From: Eledone cirrhosa
Taxonomy: Eukaryota
DNA: 64,000 bases
NCBI GenBank assembly: GCA_964016885.1
Contig: OZ024740.1
Span: 371,070,001-371,134,000 of the forward strand
Direction: 5' to 3'
Part shown: positions 37,627-51,974 of the stretch, in pieces
How positions within the stretch are numbered: the stretch's first letter is position 1
Layout: every line of letters starts with the position of its first letter
Made by a program: the position numbers and the translations under genes
Notes under the pieces: generated by a model
Databases searched by the model: none
The model's input: the letters and a program-made list of their open reading frames with translations, nothing else
Told to the model about the DNA's origin: nothing

Positions 37627-40600
37627 CTTGCACCTGCAGTTCAGCATGCCAGAGAGCATTCTGCCATACTGTCTGGGCTCATATCATTAGAGTAGTGTTG
37701 ATTAAGTTTTCTTTCTAATGTCTTATAAAAAAAATTTCAATTTCCAATTGACATTTATATAGCAACTTGAACCCTTTTAATACCAAACCAGCATGAATGG
37801 TGTAATATAAATCCAACTGGTGAAAGAAAGACAAGATCCACCCCCATCTGCACCATTTTTAATTTCCAGAAATGTTCAGTGGCTGATCTTGGTGGTTTTA
37901 AATCTCAAACATCTCAAGAGATGGTTTTTGTCAAAATTTTTCAACTCACTATTTTATATGAGAACCCACTGTACATATATTTAGTATGCAGAATTGTCTG
38001 GGGTGTTTTCTTCTCAGCTACATATTCATAAATGTATGATAATTAGTCTAACTAGTAAACCAACATTCCCGACAATAATGTATGAAGAACAACTAAATAC
38101 AAATGAAATAAACCAATTAGGCTCTGAATGGAACAAAAGAATATATTCTATAATTCCAACAAGATTTGTAATGACTGATCTCAGAAATACAAATTCCAAT
38201 GCATTATTCTGACTATTACCTTTCCTTTTGTGCTTCTATCTAAACAGCATTACAACTAATATATTTTCTCTGTTTTCAGTGTCACATTATTTATTAAATA
38301 TACGAGAGTTGGGATTTAGTGTAATAAAACTGTGTATTGGAAGTATGCTACATGTGGTTTCAATAGTTATATCTATTATGACAAAATGCTAGTGAGATGA
38401 TTCAGGCTCTGGCATACTGATCACAAGTTATATCTTCAACCTTTCAACAGTTACTATGTTCTGTTCTTAAGCAATTCATATGGTTGTTTGCTCCAATTGA
38501 TGTTAATAGAAAAAGGATTCTTAAATAAAGTTTTGACTCCTTTAAAGTGGGAGTGGTGGCAGTAAGAAAAGCATCCAGCTATAGAACCAACTGTTTTAAC
38601 ATTAAAAAAAAGATATTAAGAACCATTAAAAAATCTGACTTATGAGCTTGATTTGGCGCAAGGATATATGTAAATAATGTAAAACATTGGTGTTTCTCAA
38701 TTTGTTACATGTAAAACACAACTATATCAAGCTATATCTTAGCAAACTTATTTAACATACATCACAGTTATGTTGGAAATGATATATAAAAAGAAGGAAA
38801 AAATTATACTCTGTTCATTGATGTGAAGAATTGAAATCTCTCCCAAGTCTAAATCCTCCTGCATTGATTGTATTCATGTTTCATAACTAAAATATGATAT
38901 ATTTGAAATGTTCCTTGTGTGATGATAAAATACCCCAAGTATTTTGTCATCACACAATATGGCTGTCACTACTTTCTTAGCTTTGCAGGCCTGATCATAA
39001 TAGACATTTATAGAATAGTGTCAAGGGTTTGAAGTAGATGAAATTGTTTTATTCTCTATAAATTGAATAAGAAGTTTGAGATAATAAATTAAAACATAAA
39101 CTGTGTATGACATGACTTTCAGAAGCATGTATGTGATATATGATGAGGATGAACAAGGTGAATTTGATAGAATACAAATAAACTGGAATATTAAGTAACA
39201 TAAGCATTAGTTAATGGTAGCAAATCAGAGCCACACATTTAAAGAACAATATATTAGGGTGAAAAGGAACATTGAGATGAGTGACAGAACATGACAGCCA
39301 GGGCAGCAATAGACATATCTAGGATGAGTTATTAAAATCTAATCTTAAAATGGTCCCAAGACATGTTACCATGTTTAAAGATGTCATCTAAATCATGCTC
39401 AGAGGCAGCACTCACTGAGCTTAGGTCAACCATTTGCTGAAATGCCAACATGAAGCAAATGAAATAAGGAGAAAATATACAAATAATTAAAAAAACTTAA
39501 GAGAAAACAGAAGGAAACGAAAACTATTTTGCTTCTTAAATCTTTTCTTGTTGCAGTTGGACATGGAAGGCCAACTAGAAATGCTCCAACAATACTGAAC
39601 ATGTTAAATAAGTTGGATATAACTGCACTATTAATTATATATTTATACAGAGAGAGAGAGAGAGAGAGAGAAATTGGAAATAGCGCGGAAAATATATTTA
39701 AGGGTATTTTTTTCAAAGTGACATTATTGAAAAAATGAGAGGGACAATTCTTTTTAAAAAAAGTTTTATAATGTATATAAAGTATAACCGGTTTCAATGT
39801 ATTAGTAAAATTCATCTTAACAAATGTTGAGTATTACAATTAAAAAGAATTGATAAGAATTAAAAATTAAAAATTTAGAATTAAGTGTTGAGGCAAGTTT
39901 TTTTCATCTTCCTTGTTGGAGAGACTGGAAAAATGAAGTCTTGTGTATAGAGAGAGAGGTGTAGTCAGCTATATATATATATCAATGTTACAACAAAAGA
40001 CACTGTTCCACAGAGTGTATTAATCCACTTTAATACAAACAGCTATAAAATAATAAAGTAATCCCTATATACACCCCATCAAAATCTTAGTTGAAATTAC
40101 CTGAAAGTTGGTGAAAAGTTTGTGCTTTACCAAGCATTAAAAAGGACTAAAAGACTACTTGAGATATCTCAACAAGTTCTAACTATAGCCTGCAAATTAG
40201 TCATATATCTTTTTTAATTCAAAGTGTTTACTCAAGAGAACTCTCAGATTGAATGTAATAGATTTCAATGTAATACATAGACAAACATTTCTGTTTGGCT
40301 TTCATAATTGTAAGAGAAAGAAAGAATTCTTTAACAATTTCTTATCTTTTGACAAAATAAACAAAAATAACAAAAGTAGTCAGAAAAGATTGTGAATTGA
40401 TAGAGAAGAAATGAAAACTGATTTGTACACTCATTAACTATAGGGAATTACAGAGAAGGAAAAAAACATTATGCAAATAGTAGAAAAAATTCAAAAGGTG
40501 AAGATACTAGTGCAGATTGAAAAGTAGTCAATAAAACAGCATGACAAACAGTTGGAGACACCGTGGTCATTGTCATTGAAAGCAGTCACCCAAATGTTGC

Positions 40601-42039
40601 CCTATTTCACCTATGTACAACACATTGTAAGCAATGCAACAGATGAGATGAAGAAACTCTTAGTTTAAAGAAAGGGTCCTATAATTGAGTTGCACCAAAA
40701 CCTCAACTTTTGTTACATTACCATTTCTCTTTTTATCATTCTGAAAATCTCTAACAGAAATTGAACTCAAAGCAGATATTCTAAAGTATCTATTTTCAGC
40801 TCCATACAAATTGATAAAAGTTGACTATGCTAGAATGAATAACAGAATAAGTTTTTTGTTAATATTTCAACTAAATATTATGCATTAATACACAACACTA
40901 ATCTCAATAGATGTGTACAATATATAGCAATGTGTATTTTCCCCCTTTAACACAAGGATCATTTGAGCTGCATGTGTTTTAGATGTTGCTAGTTAATCTG
41001 TTGAAGTGGAAAATATACCGATAGTTGATGGCACATAACAAATCGATATAGAGAGCCAAAATTCTCTCTATATTTAATACTAAAATGAATGCTTTCCAAT
41101 ATATTATTTTTGTACATTTTTTTGAGGTGGGTATGGATTATTAGAATAAGATTTATTTATTTTGTTAACATTGAGATGCCCCTAGCAGTAATGTTAACAG
41201 AAGTTAAAAAAAAGGCACATGCCTGACTAAGAGCAATATAATACAATGGGAGTAAAAAATAACCACAAAATCAATTTTTACAGTTCTGCACTAGTTTGCA
41301 GCAAATATCTGCCAGCAACCTCTTGTTTAGGTGGGAACCACTTCATGCAAGAGTTGTCATCAGTTCTTTACCAGATGGTGGAGAGGCATTTCACCATTTG
41401 TAGAGGTGTAATGGGAGAGACAACTGTTGACACAGATATTGAAACAAGGACAACAAAAGAGGTGGAAAGCAGAGGAGGTAGGTATTTATGGTATCCACCA
41501 ATAATCTAATCCAATATGTTTTGTACTGGTCCCATTCTTTAGTAATCCCTTTGTTACATTCAACTGTCCATACCAGAATCTTTTTGCTTCCCACCTAAAT
41601 ACTTTTCTTTCTCTCTCCCACTTCTTGGCTTATTGTTAAACATAACAATGAAATACACACACAAGTACATTTCAGAGATTCTCCTGCACACACACAAATG
41701 CCTAATACTCTCCTGAACAAGGGAGCCTTGTCATTTTGTTGGTGCCTGGCTTCTGTGTATGCATTTTTATATACACATGTGCATGTCATTGTGGTAGTGA
41801 TGTGATAAACTACAAAAAAAACAGCTTATATATAATTCTAAACACACACACACACCAGTAAATAATTTAAACTGAAAAATGGCATGAAATTTAAGGATAA
41901 ACACTTAGCCACTGCATTTGTTAAGAGTTTCTAGTATCAAAGGTTTCCATCCCCAGGTGATCAGCAATATTTACCTTTTTCCTATTTATCATTTTCACTC
42001 ATGATAAGTATTTCTTTTCCACACGCTTTCAGCGCTATT

Positions 42040-42285
42040 CAAATCTACTTATAACAACCATCAAGTGAATTGTACCTTTGTACAACGTCCTCTTAAAAGT
42101 GGCTGGTCTCACACCACGTCTACTCAGATACTCCTGACTTACTGGTCTCCCAATTCCCTGTCCCACACTAACCTACATACTCAGTCCTTCCAACCAAGAG
42201 AGATGGCCCTCTGGAACTCCCTGTTCATGCCTTTCCTAAAGCTATCGACATGCATTAATCTCATTAGTTTCAGAAAGCAGTGAAA
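42040..42285 (+). mobile_element. CR1/L2-group LINE C-terminal remnant
   Basis: ORF 42065-42283 has HTNLHTQSFQPREMALWNSL...NLISFRK, resembling SFFPRTxxLWNSLP...F K. Confidence 0.6.
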
Positions 42286-42706
42286 GCCATAGGCATTACT
42301 ACTTCTGTAAAAAAAAATGTATGTAATATGAAACTGTTTTGTCTAACAAGAAGTTAAATTATTTTTTTTAGCCTATTTTGATCAAAACTGAATAAAGGTT
42401 GAGGCTGTGCTGTCAGTTTGATACTTATGCTATACTGAAAAGAACTCATGGTATATTCCATGAGTATAGCAATTGTTTTAAACTCTCATAGTTGGTTGAG
42501 CATGGAGGTGGAGGGGGGGGGGGGGCTTCAAGATGTTGAGTCTCATTGATAAGGTGATATAAGTTCAAGAGGAGGTGATTTGCCATACTGCAAACCAATT
42601 GAGCTCTGGCAGAATGGTAAATGAAGTGGTGGTGGTTTCATACTCAGAAATCTGAAAAGAATATTGTTCTCTCACTTTTGTAGTGTCATTTTCAAAACTA
42701 CATTAA

Positions 42707-42914
42707 CCCTTCAACATTTAAACCGGCTGTATCCAGCCAAAACTGTCTCACCTCTTTCTGTTCAAACTGGCTGTAACTGACCTCTCATACTGATGTTAGG
42801 GTATTGTTCTCAAAATAAATAATATCAAAATCTCATAGATTCGATATTATGTGAGATAATTGTGTAAGGTAAATGTGAAAATACAATTGTATATATAATG
42901 TAAATTCTAAATGT
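42707..42914. mobile_element. piggyBac-like MITE, family 1 (decayed right end)
   Basis: TTAA-cccttcaacatttaaaccggc; body aligns with 36319-36518. Confidence 0.8.
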
Positions 42915-43484
42915 TTAACAAACTAAGATGTATTACAGGCAGAAATAATCCAATGAATGTTACAACCTTTTTCAGATAATGTAAGAAAGTAAGAAGAAAT
43001 TTTATTGCCAATACCAGTCCCATCAGAGACCTTGATACAATGTCTTTTAATGTTTATTTATGGGAAAATTCCAAGTACAACAAAACCAATAGTATAAAAT
43101 GAATGTTTTAAAATTAGATATGGAAGTACATACTCCCCAAAACACTATATTTCCTACATATAAGAAATAGAGCATAGCTACTGAAAGCAGATAAAAACCA
43201 TACCAAAAATTTCTTTTCAATTAACTGAACAATTAACCTATCTCTCTGTTATTCCAAACCAGTAGATGTGTTTTACCTTTGCCAATCCTCATTCACTCTC
43301 ATACAAATTCCATAACATTTAATAACATATAATGCATATACATATAAACAAAGATATTTTTTATAGATAACAGGAATCAGGAGTGGTGTCCAACCCTGGT
43401 TTTCATAGTATTAAGTAACTAAGAAATAATGTACTCTTCCTCAGATAGGATCTACCATTGGAAACATTTACTGTTGGGAAAAAA

Positions 43485-43701
43485 AGTGGTTAGGCATAGC
43501 GTTTCTTTTCCATGACAGAGATACTTATCTCTCAATCAACTAAATCCATCATTTCTAAATAAGGTGGCATCAATTCCTCACTGGATGCTTTGGCAGCCTT
43601 ATGGAATTCTTGAGTATTTCAAGCAAAAGAAATATTTAGAAGTGATGGATTTAGTTGATTGAGAGATAAGTCATGGAAAAGAAATGCTAAGCCTAACCAC
43701 T
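43485..43701. repeat. Inverted repeat in apparently unique sequence
   Basis: Arms 43485-43561 and 43633-43701 differ by 3 substitutions and one 8-nt indel; spacer 71 bp. Confidence 0.92.
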
Positions 43702-45542
43702 GACATCTACAGATTAATTAAGCCAGCTGATATTCTCATTTAGCCATTGAAATTGGACAGACAGCTAGCATGTTGACATAGATATAGAGGTATATATATA
43801 CATACAACCAAACAGAAAAACAGGCAAGAGCACAGATCATTCAATATTGGTCAGGACAGAGACACAAGCTGGAGAAGTTGGGAAGAAGCATGTTTCAGAG
43901 AACTTTCGAAATGACATTGATAAAAAGTTTAAGCTAATCTTTAAAGCCAACAAACTGATATTCAGGCTGTCACTAGCAATCAGATCAAAAGGCAACTAAT
44001 ATCACAAATAAATACCATGGGATAAAAACAATACAAAGACAAAGAAAGGGAGGATTAAATGAGGTAGGTGAGAGGGTAGTTGGATTTATTACATTTTTGT
44101 TAAATATATTTTTTACACAAGTTAATAAATGACAGAAACAACAGAGCTTATAATTACAGACTTGATTTAGTAGTTATCAGCTCTATTGTTTAAGATTAGA
44201 CCGGTTGCAGTTGAAGGACATTGAATTGGTATTTCTAACATACTGAGGCAATCTCATTGTTTCAAGAACCCTTGTTGATAGGTGTAAAGAAAAAACAAAA
44301 ACACGGAAAAGAAGTTGTGTTCTTATTGTTCAGGATTGTTGGATCTCATAGAATATCAACCAAACGCCATACTTCACTATCAACCAAAACAAAGTACCTG
44401 TATATTACAGGGAACTTTTCATGTTTAAAAAAGAAAATGATTGTCACAGGAAGAGAAGATGAAGTAATAGGGTTGTTAAAGCATTGGATAGAATACCTTG
44501 CAGTATTTGTTTCAATATTCTGCACTCTGAGTTCAAAGCCTGCCATGGATAACTTTACCTTTTATCCTTCAGAGGTGCATAAAAAAACAGTCAAATATTG
44601 GGATTGATCCTTTTTCCCTCTTACTCTATTTCTTTCTTAAAATTGGCTACACTATGTCATGAAAATGGTCATGAGAGATCAACTCACAATGTCTTTCTCT
44701 AGAAATGGAGAAGGTTTGGGTCAGGAGCCAGTAACCTTTTCTTACAGCAGTGATATGTTACTGAAGTACAGCATAGAACAGAAATAAAGGAAAATATGAA
44801 ATCACAGGTAGAAGGGCTGTATATTTTAATATTTTCCACAACCTTATGCAGAGCTTGTAACTTTGAGGGTAGGGATGAAGAAAGTTTAAACAGAGTGGGT
44901 ATTAAATAGAGCAACAAACTAATCCAACAACTCAAATGCTAGTGTAATGTTTTAATCTACTCTATTTCCTTCTGTTGGGCATTTATTTACATACATCATT
45001 AACATATTTATGGCTGCTTTTTCTATGCTTGCATGAGCTTGACTAGGCGTTTTAAGAAAGCTTTTCCATGGTTAGATGCCCTTTCTGTTGCCAACCCATA
45101 CTTTATTTTAAGTATGGCATACACAGCTGCCATACTTTTTTTTTTATATTTATATTCAGAGTTATGTAATCACTTATGTTTCTCTCCATTTAGTTTCTGT
45201 GTGTTTTATACTTTTTAATTTTTACTTACATATTTTTCCCTACTGTCTGGTTGTCAAATAAAATCATTATGACTGAACCAGGCAAGAGAGACAGCAGCAG
45301 ACATCAGAAAGACAGGGAAATATAAAACAGAAAGAGACATAGGAAAGACTACCAAGCTGGTTGTTTTATAGTACTGTTAATATTGTTTCAGATTTCCTGT
45401 AGGGTGGGGCCAATGAAATTAGTATTTATAACATACTGAAGGGAGATTGAATTAACTTTAGCAAAATAACAAAAAAAATCTTAGTCTCATATTATCATTG
45501 TATATGATTACCTGCATATAATATATATATATATATATATAT

Positions 45543-46321
45543 TTCGTTTCTGAATTTGTTTAGCAAGATTCTTTATCTGAAAATGTGTGTTGAAACCAAT
45601 ATTGATATACTTTGGGAGGGTCATGTTGCCAATAAGAAACACACGCACCAGTTGCTTTCACTCCAATTTATTATAAATTAAATTTATAAATTTAAGAATT
45701 TACAAATTTCCGGTTGGTTGGTTGGTTCCACAACCGGCCGGTTGTTCATATATTGTCAAAGTCCTTTCGTCACACATTCTGTAATCTCTTCAGTGACTGG
45801 GGATTCTTCTCTTTGTTTTATGCCTCTCCTTTGTTGTGTCCTACGCCATCTTGTTTTGTGTGTGTGTTGTGTGCTTAGTTTGCGCATGTGTTACATCCGG
45901 GTGTCTGTGTGTGTTTTTATTTGTTTATTTATTTGTTTATTTACATATTACTGGTTGGTTGTTTGTTCTATGTGTGTGTGTGTGTTTTCATTTTGTCCTT
46001 AATTGTAAGTTGTGATTTTTGCTATTCCATTCATGTTTTCTATTTAATTTTGGTTGGAGTTCATTTATGTTTATTGTCTCTGTGATTTGTCTAAACATTG
46101 CATCTTTTCTGTGTGTGTAGATTTCAATTAAGGACAAAATTAAAACACACACACATAGAACAAACAACCAGCCAGTAACATGTAAATAAACAAATAAAAC
46201 ACACACAGACACCCAGATGTAACACATGCGCAAACTAAGCACACAACACACACAAAAACAAGATGGCGTAGGACAGAACAAAGGGGAGGCACAAAACAAA
46301 GAGAAGAATCCCCAGTCACTG
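45543..46321. repeat. Unclassified insertion in (TA)n with an internal inverted duplication
   Basis: Arms 45791-46005 and 46125-46321 are reverse complements. The block begins and ends at TA-rich microsatellite. Confidence 0.9.
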
Positions 46322-46463
46322 TATATATGTGTGTATGTATGTATTTTTCGCACAGTACATTTCACATTAACCTAATCTCTTGAGCTTTAAACAAAGAAAA
46401 GTAAAAACCAAAAAAAAAACCAACATAACACATAATGAGCATCTCTATCTTTCTCATATAAAT

Positions 46464-46499
<36 letters not shown>

Positions 46500-46502
<3 letters not shown>

Positions 46503-47153
46503 CCTATATACTCGAATATAAGCCGAGGAATATGACAAAAAAAAAAAAAATCGATTGGAATAAAAAAAAAAAATGGGAGCAGGGTTATACTCAGGGTTAA
46601 TATTTTAACAATTTTCACCAACTTCAAATTCTATGTAAATAAGGTGCTAAAATATCTGGAGTGATTATTTCACAATGGAACATTGTTTTTCTATATTTAC
46701 TACATCGTTGTTAATGTTATTTATACATTCCCCTGAAAATATTTTACAATAAATTTTTATAATTTGAACAGATATTCATAGATATTCATGTTTTTCCTTG
46801 ACAATATTTTTTCTTTCAATCATACTTCTGATCTTATTTTATTGTTCTCACCCTGCCTCTCCTCTCTCTCTCACCCTCCATCCCTCTTCTACTCTGTGAA
46901 TCCCTATACAATGTTCTCTTATTTAATCTTTTGCTTTCAAAGTACTCCAAGCATGTGAGTGGCCGGAAATAAACAAAAACCATACTCTAAACGACACTTA
47001 AAACATTTTAAACATCAAAATATTAAAACTTCATAAAAATATTTTTTACTCGTGAGAATCTCAAAACCAAGCCTTCTATAAATGGAGTTTGAATATTTGC
47101 TCATTTCTCAGACATAAAATAGGGACGGATTATATTTGGTTCAGTATATACAG
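46500..47153. mobile_element. pogo/Tigger-like non-autonomous DNA transposon
   Basis: TA-cagcctatatactcgaatataagccgag at left and a decayed cggattatattt...agtatatacag-TA at right, resembling the pogo-type TIR ccgtatatactcgagtataagccg. Confidence 0.6.
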
Positions 47154-47463
47154 TAATATAAATCTAATATAAATATATTATACAGTATTATACAGGTTAT
47201 TTTTTTTTAAATTGTTACAGTGGTTAATAGAGAAAACAAAATGTGTAAAAGATTTTTTTTTTAATAGTGAATATCAACAGAATATGAGGAACAGATATTC
47301 AAAACCAGGAAATGGAAATGTTTTTTCTACAAGTTCTTGATTTGTGAAAACGATTTAGACCAAATTTCTTTTTCATTAACATTAGAATATACTGTAATGA
47401 TGATGATGTTATGGCTCAAACCCGTGCCAATTTAGCTGACGCTTCATGAAGTTGCATCTTCAA

Positions 47464-47668
47464 CCCTTTAGCATTTAAACCATATCCGGCCAAAATTCTC
47501 TCATCTATTTCTGTTCACACCAGTTGTAACTGGCCACTCATACTAATGTTAAGGTATTGTTAAAATAAATATCAAAATCTCGTAGATTCAAGATTATGTG
47601 AGATAATTATGTGAGGCAAAGCCTTTACCATAAAAATATAATAGTAAATATAGAGTAATGCTAAAGAG
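47464..47668. mobile_element. piggyBac-like MITE, family 1
   Basis: ccctttagcattt...aatgctaaagag-TTAA; body aligns with 36319-36518. Confidence 0.85.
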
Positions 47669-50600
47669 TTAAAGGAGGCTTCAAGAGTGGTTTTTAATGA
47701 TAGAGGCTTCCAGTCCTGTCATGTCACTATTGTTCCAGTTTAGATTAGTACTTTACTAACCTAAAAAGGATTGAAGGCAAAGTTAACCATGGTGAGATAT
47801 GAATTCAGAATGCAGGCGGTCGAAATAATTATCGCAAGTTATTTAATCCAATGCACTCCCAATGCAGCCAATTCACTGTCTCCATAGATATTAAGTTCAC
47901 ACTTTAACAAAGTAAACTTTTGACATTTCAACTAACAATAACCATGTCTTAAATAACTCTCACTGCTGTTCTATATCTAAATATGAATTTCAAACAATGT
48001 TGCAGGCATCTTTTATACAATTTGATACAGTCCTCTCTAATCATGAGGTATCTAATTTTTCTCACTAGCATAGTGTAACACATTTATTCTTGCTAGAATA
48101 TTAGTGTTTAATTTCTAATTAGCATGAAATAAAGAAAACAAAAAGAAAAAGAAATATTTCCCAAGCATATTAACTCTTGTAGAATAATTACTGGATCTCT
48201 CATTAACTACATGGTTATGAGTTTAACCCTTCTGATAGCAACCTGTCTGAAACCAGTCCTGTTTCTCTGGTGATAAACCAGTTCTTTTAAATTGTTCATG
48301 TTTAAATTTAAACCTTTTATTACAATCTTTTCTTAAGTTATGTTCTAAATGACTTAATGAGAAAATTGTTTTAAAATTAATTGAAAATCATAGGCAGGAT
48401 ATTTCATTAGAGCTATATCATAGTAATAAAAAAGTTAAAATATTGCCAGAGTCAATTTCTTGTGCCTGTGAGTATTGCACATAATTGTTAAACAAAATAA
48501 ATATTTCTCCTGTTTCAGGGTTAAGTGATAAGCTCCAGGGAAGGCATGCAGTGGTAAAAATAATTGCTTTGGTAAGTCATCCTACCCAAGTTAGCAAGTG
48601 AAATGGATAAGTAAAACATATTGTTCATTAACACCTAAGCCTTCTCTAGCTTCATCATAGTAAAACTGATTAAATTCCATAGGGTCCAGTTAAAAATATT
48701 TAACAGAGATATCATCATCATTTAACATCCATTTTCAATGCTAGCATGGGTAGGATATCTTGTTTATAATAGGTGCACTAGCATGTTGTAAGAGGTAAAT
48801 TAAAAGGTTAGTGCAGGGAAGGACATCTAGCTTCAAAAGGTCCCCAATAATGAGCACAAAACAACACTTGCAGTAGATTTGAACTCACAGATTAATAGCA
48901 AGTAGCCACTACCTTTCTAACTTTAATCTACTACTTCATTGATTTACTTCCTTTATTTCCTGCCAAAAGAACAGTATATGGCAACACCAACTTCAGGAAG
49001 TGTACGAAACATTGATATAAGTAGAAGAATTAGTCAGAAAGAAGTGGAATAAAATGTGTCTTTAAAACAATGCCTGCTATTCATTGTTGAAATAATAGCA
49101 ATGAAAACAGGTTTATGGAAATGCCATTTCTAATAACACCAGACACAAATTGGTCTCTATTAGGTAGTTACATAAACATTACAGAAATTTTAATTTTTGA
49201 ATGATTGGAATTTCCTAGCTACAAGAATATCGACAAATGAGGTTCTCATGAGAGAAGGGTTTGGCTGTAAATAAATGGACAGTTCATTTAGAGTAACATG
49301 TTCTCATAAAAGTAGTTCCTGCCCATGCTGTAGCATTATTAAAATAAGCTAGAATACAGCTCCTCCTTCATAGTAAGTCCTGTTTTATATTTTCTTAAGC
49401 CAACTATACATATACTTAATGTTTCATCCAAAATGAGCTTCATCATCATTATCATCATTGTTTTTGTCAACTTTTCTATACTAGCATGGGTTGGATGGAA
49501 TTTTTTGAGTGTTTTACAGCTAGATGCCTTTTCTGACACCGACCCTTATAGTTGATTCTTACAACATGCAGGGATATGGAGTACTTATTCTAAACCGGAT
49601 CACAACTATGATTATGAACACTAAACAATACCTTTTCATCACCTAATGCACACACACCATTCTTATCTACATGTTCTGCCCAATTATTTGTATATAACAC
49701 AAATAATATTAGCATCTTTTTTTAAGTTCTTCTATTCAACAATTAGACAATTATTTTAATTTTTAGATGGTGAAATAATAAATAAGGTATTGATTAACCA
49801 ACTAATTCATTGATTGAGAGTTCATATTCACATGCATTAATCAGTGCCTCTGAGCTAAACATTTATTGCATATGGTTCAGTTAACCAAGCTATACAGAAT
49901 TGATACTAGGCTTTTTGGACTAAAACTGACCTGTGATAGATATATTCCTAACCAGGAAATCTGTAATCTATGTACCATTATGGAAACTGAAGTTGAACAT
50001 TAGATCCATGGATGTTTGTAATTTGTTAAACAATGTTTCAGATATAAGTAACATACATATTAGTAGAGAAATTGTCTAAAATCTCTAACATCTTATCTAC
50101 ACCATGTGGAACTAGTAATATAGTAAAAAGAGTATTTCCAATTCAACCAACTGGGAGAAGTGGAATGACAATGGATATGATACTGAAAAGGTAGTCTTGA
50201 TTTCAACTTCACAACATTTGGGAAAGAACAAATGGTCAGGCAAGGTGCCTTGCAGTATTTGCTCTCTTAAATCTTACAAAGGTAAATTTTGCCTTTCATC
50301 TTTCAGGGTTCATAAAGGGTACAGGGTGGTGGCTTGGCAGAATTGTTAGATTGTGGGACAAAATGCCCTGCAGTATTTGTTACTGCTCTTTGCACCGAGT
50401 TCAAATCACATTGGGGCCTACTTAATTGTTAAACTTAATCACTGCCTAGTTTAACACCTACCACATAACCCTTTTAGGCACGTGGCCTAGTGATAAGGGT
50501 GTTGGACTTATGATCATAATATTACATTTAACCCAGCAATGGAGTGAAATCTTGTCCAGGGATGTATTCTTAACAGCTTCATGCCACATAAATCAGGATA

Positions 50601-50823
50601 AGCACTGGCCTGATGACCTCCAGACTTGAGACATTGCCCTTGGGTGCCTTCATAGTCAACTTCATAGCAAACATTTGGTCCAGGCATCCACTTTGATGAT
50701 ACTTTGCTCTGTCCCTCCCACAAGTCTTGCAAATCTATGTTCCACATACATTTTCTTCCATTTGCATATCATTCTTACAGCATTAAGTGCCAATAATATT
50801 TCTATTTCATCTTACCAGAAGCT

Positions 50824-51509
50824 ATCATCATCATTTAACGTCCACTTTCCACGCTAGCATGGGTTAGATGGGAGTTGTCCCACCTGAGGCAAGGTTGGTC
50901 GGGTGACCGTGTCTCGCTCATATAGGACTATCTGGCTGGCTTTCTACGGTTGGATGCCCTTCCTAACACCAACCACATTTACAGTGTGGAACTGGGAACT
51001 TTTTACCATGCTACCTACACGACCACATTACAGCGTGGACTGTGTGTTTTTTTTCTCGTGACACGATCACGATATCGATCTCATTTATTTCATTTATTTA
51101 GACTGGATGTTGTGGTACCAACTTTATAGACAGGAGGGGGGAGTGGGAGGATAGGTAGGGGTAGTGGATTGGGGTGTATATTTGGTTAAGAGGTGCCTAC
51201 TGGCTGTAGGTTTTGCTTTGTACATAGGCAAGGCGGGTCTTCTGTATTACTGCGTAGTGCCAAAGATCTCGGTCCAGTGACATTGTCTTAGAGAGGTGCA
51301 AGTGTGTAAGGTCGGAATTTATCAGATCGTCCCAGGTTTTTCTGGGTCTACCTACTCCGTAACTACCATCAATTTTGATCGCCCTGCACTTTTTTATACA
51401 GCTGTCGTCTTTCATGCGCATCACGTGGCCATACCAACATAGTCTTCTCTCGAGTAAACAGCATCTGATCCCTCTTATTCCTAATTTCTCACTTAGTTCA
51501 TTTATGCTT
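50824..51509 (-). mobile_element. 5'-truncated copy of the same LINE as 4297-5546
   Basis: ORF 51197-51574 C-terminal part is nearly identical in protein (GIRCCLLERRL.WYGHVMRMKDDSCI.KCRAIKIDGS), with the same 3' UTR and (GAT)n tail. Confidence 0.93.
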
Positions 51510-51974
51510 GTGTCAAACCAAAGCACAAGTATACCATCATAGAAGAAAGCTGCATTGTATCCTGTCTTAGCCATAGGCCTTTGGCAATATTCATTTATTT
51601 TAAGAAGTCTTAAAAATATAAATAAATACTATTCCATTGTGATACTATAACATGTACATTCTATTTTAGATTTTGAAACAAACCAAATGTTAATGATGTA
51701 AATCAGCAGGTACATGTTTTAAAAACAGCTTTTGAAAATAAAAAACCTGTTACAAATAAATTGCTTGAAGTTTTGAAATAAATCCTAAATTAGTATCTGA
51801 TTACTCTCTCTTAGCTCATTTGTACACCATTGTTCATATTTTACTCTTGTTACTATGCTTTCATCCACAACTATTTAGGCAACCTAAGTAACAGCTATCA
51901 ACTACTTCTAGAGTGCCTCAGGGCATTAAAAAGAATATATTTCATAGGTGCTTTTAAAACTAACTACTAAATCT

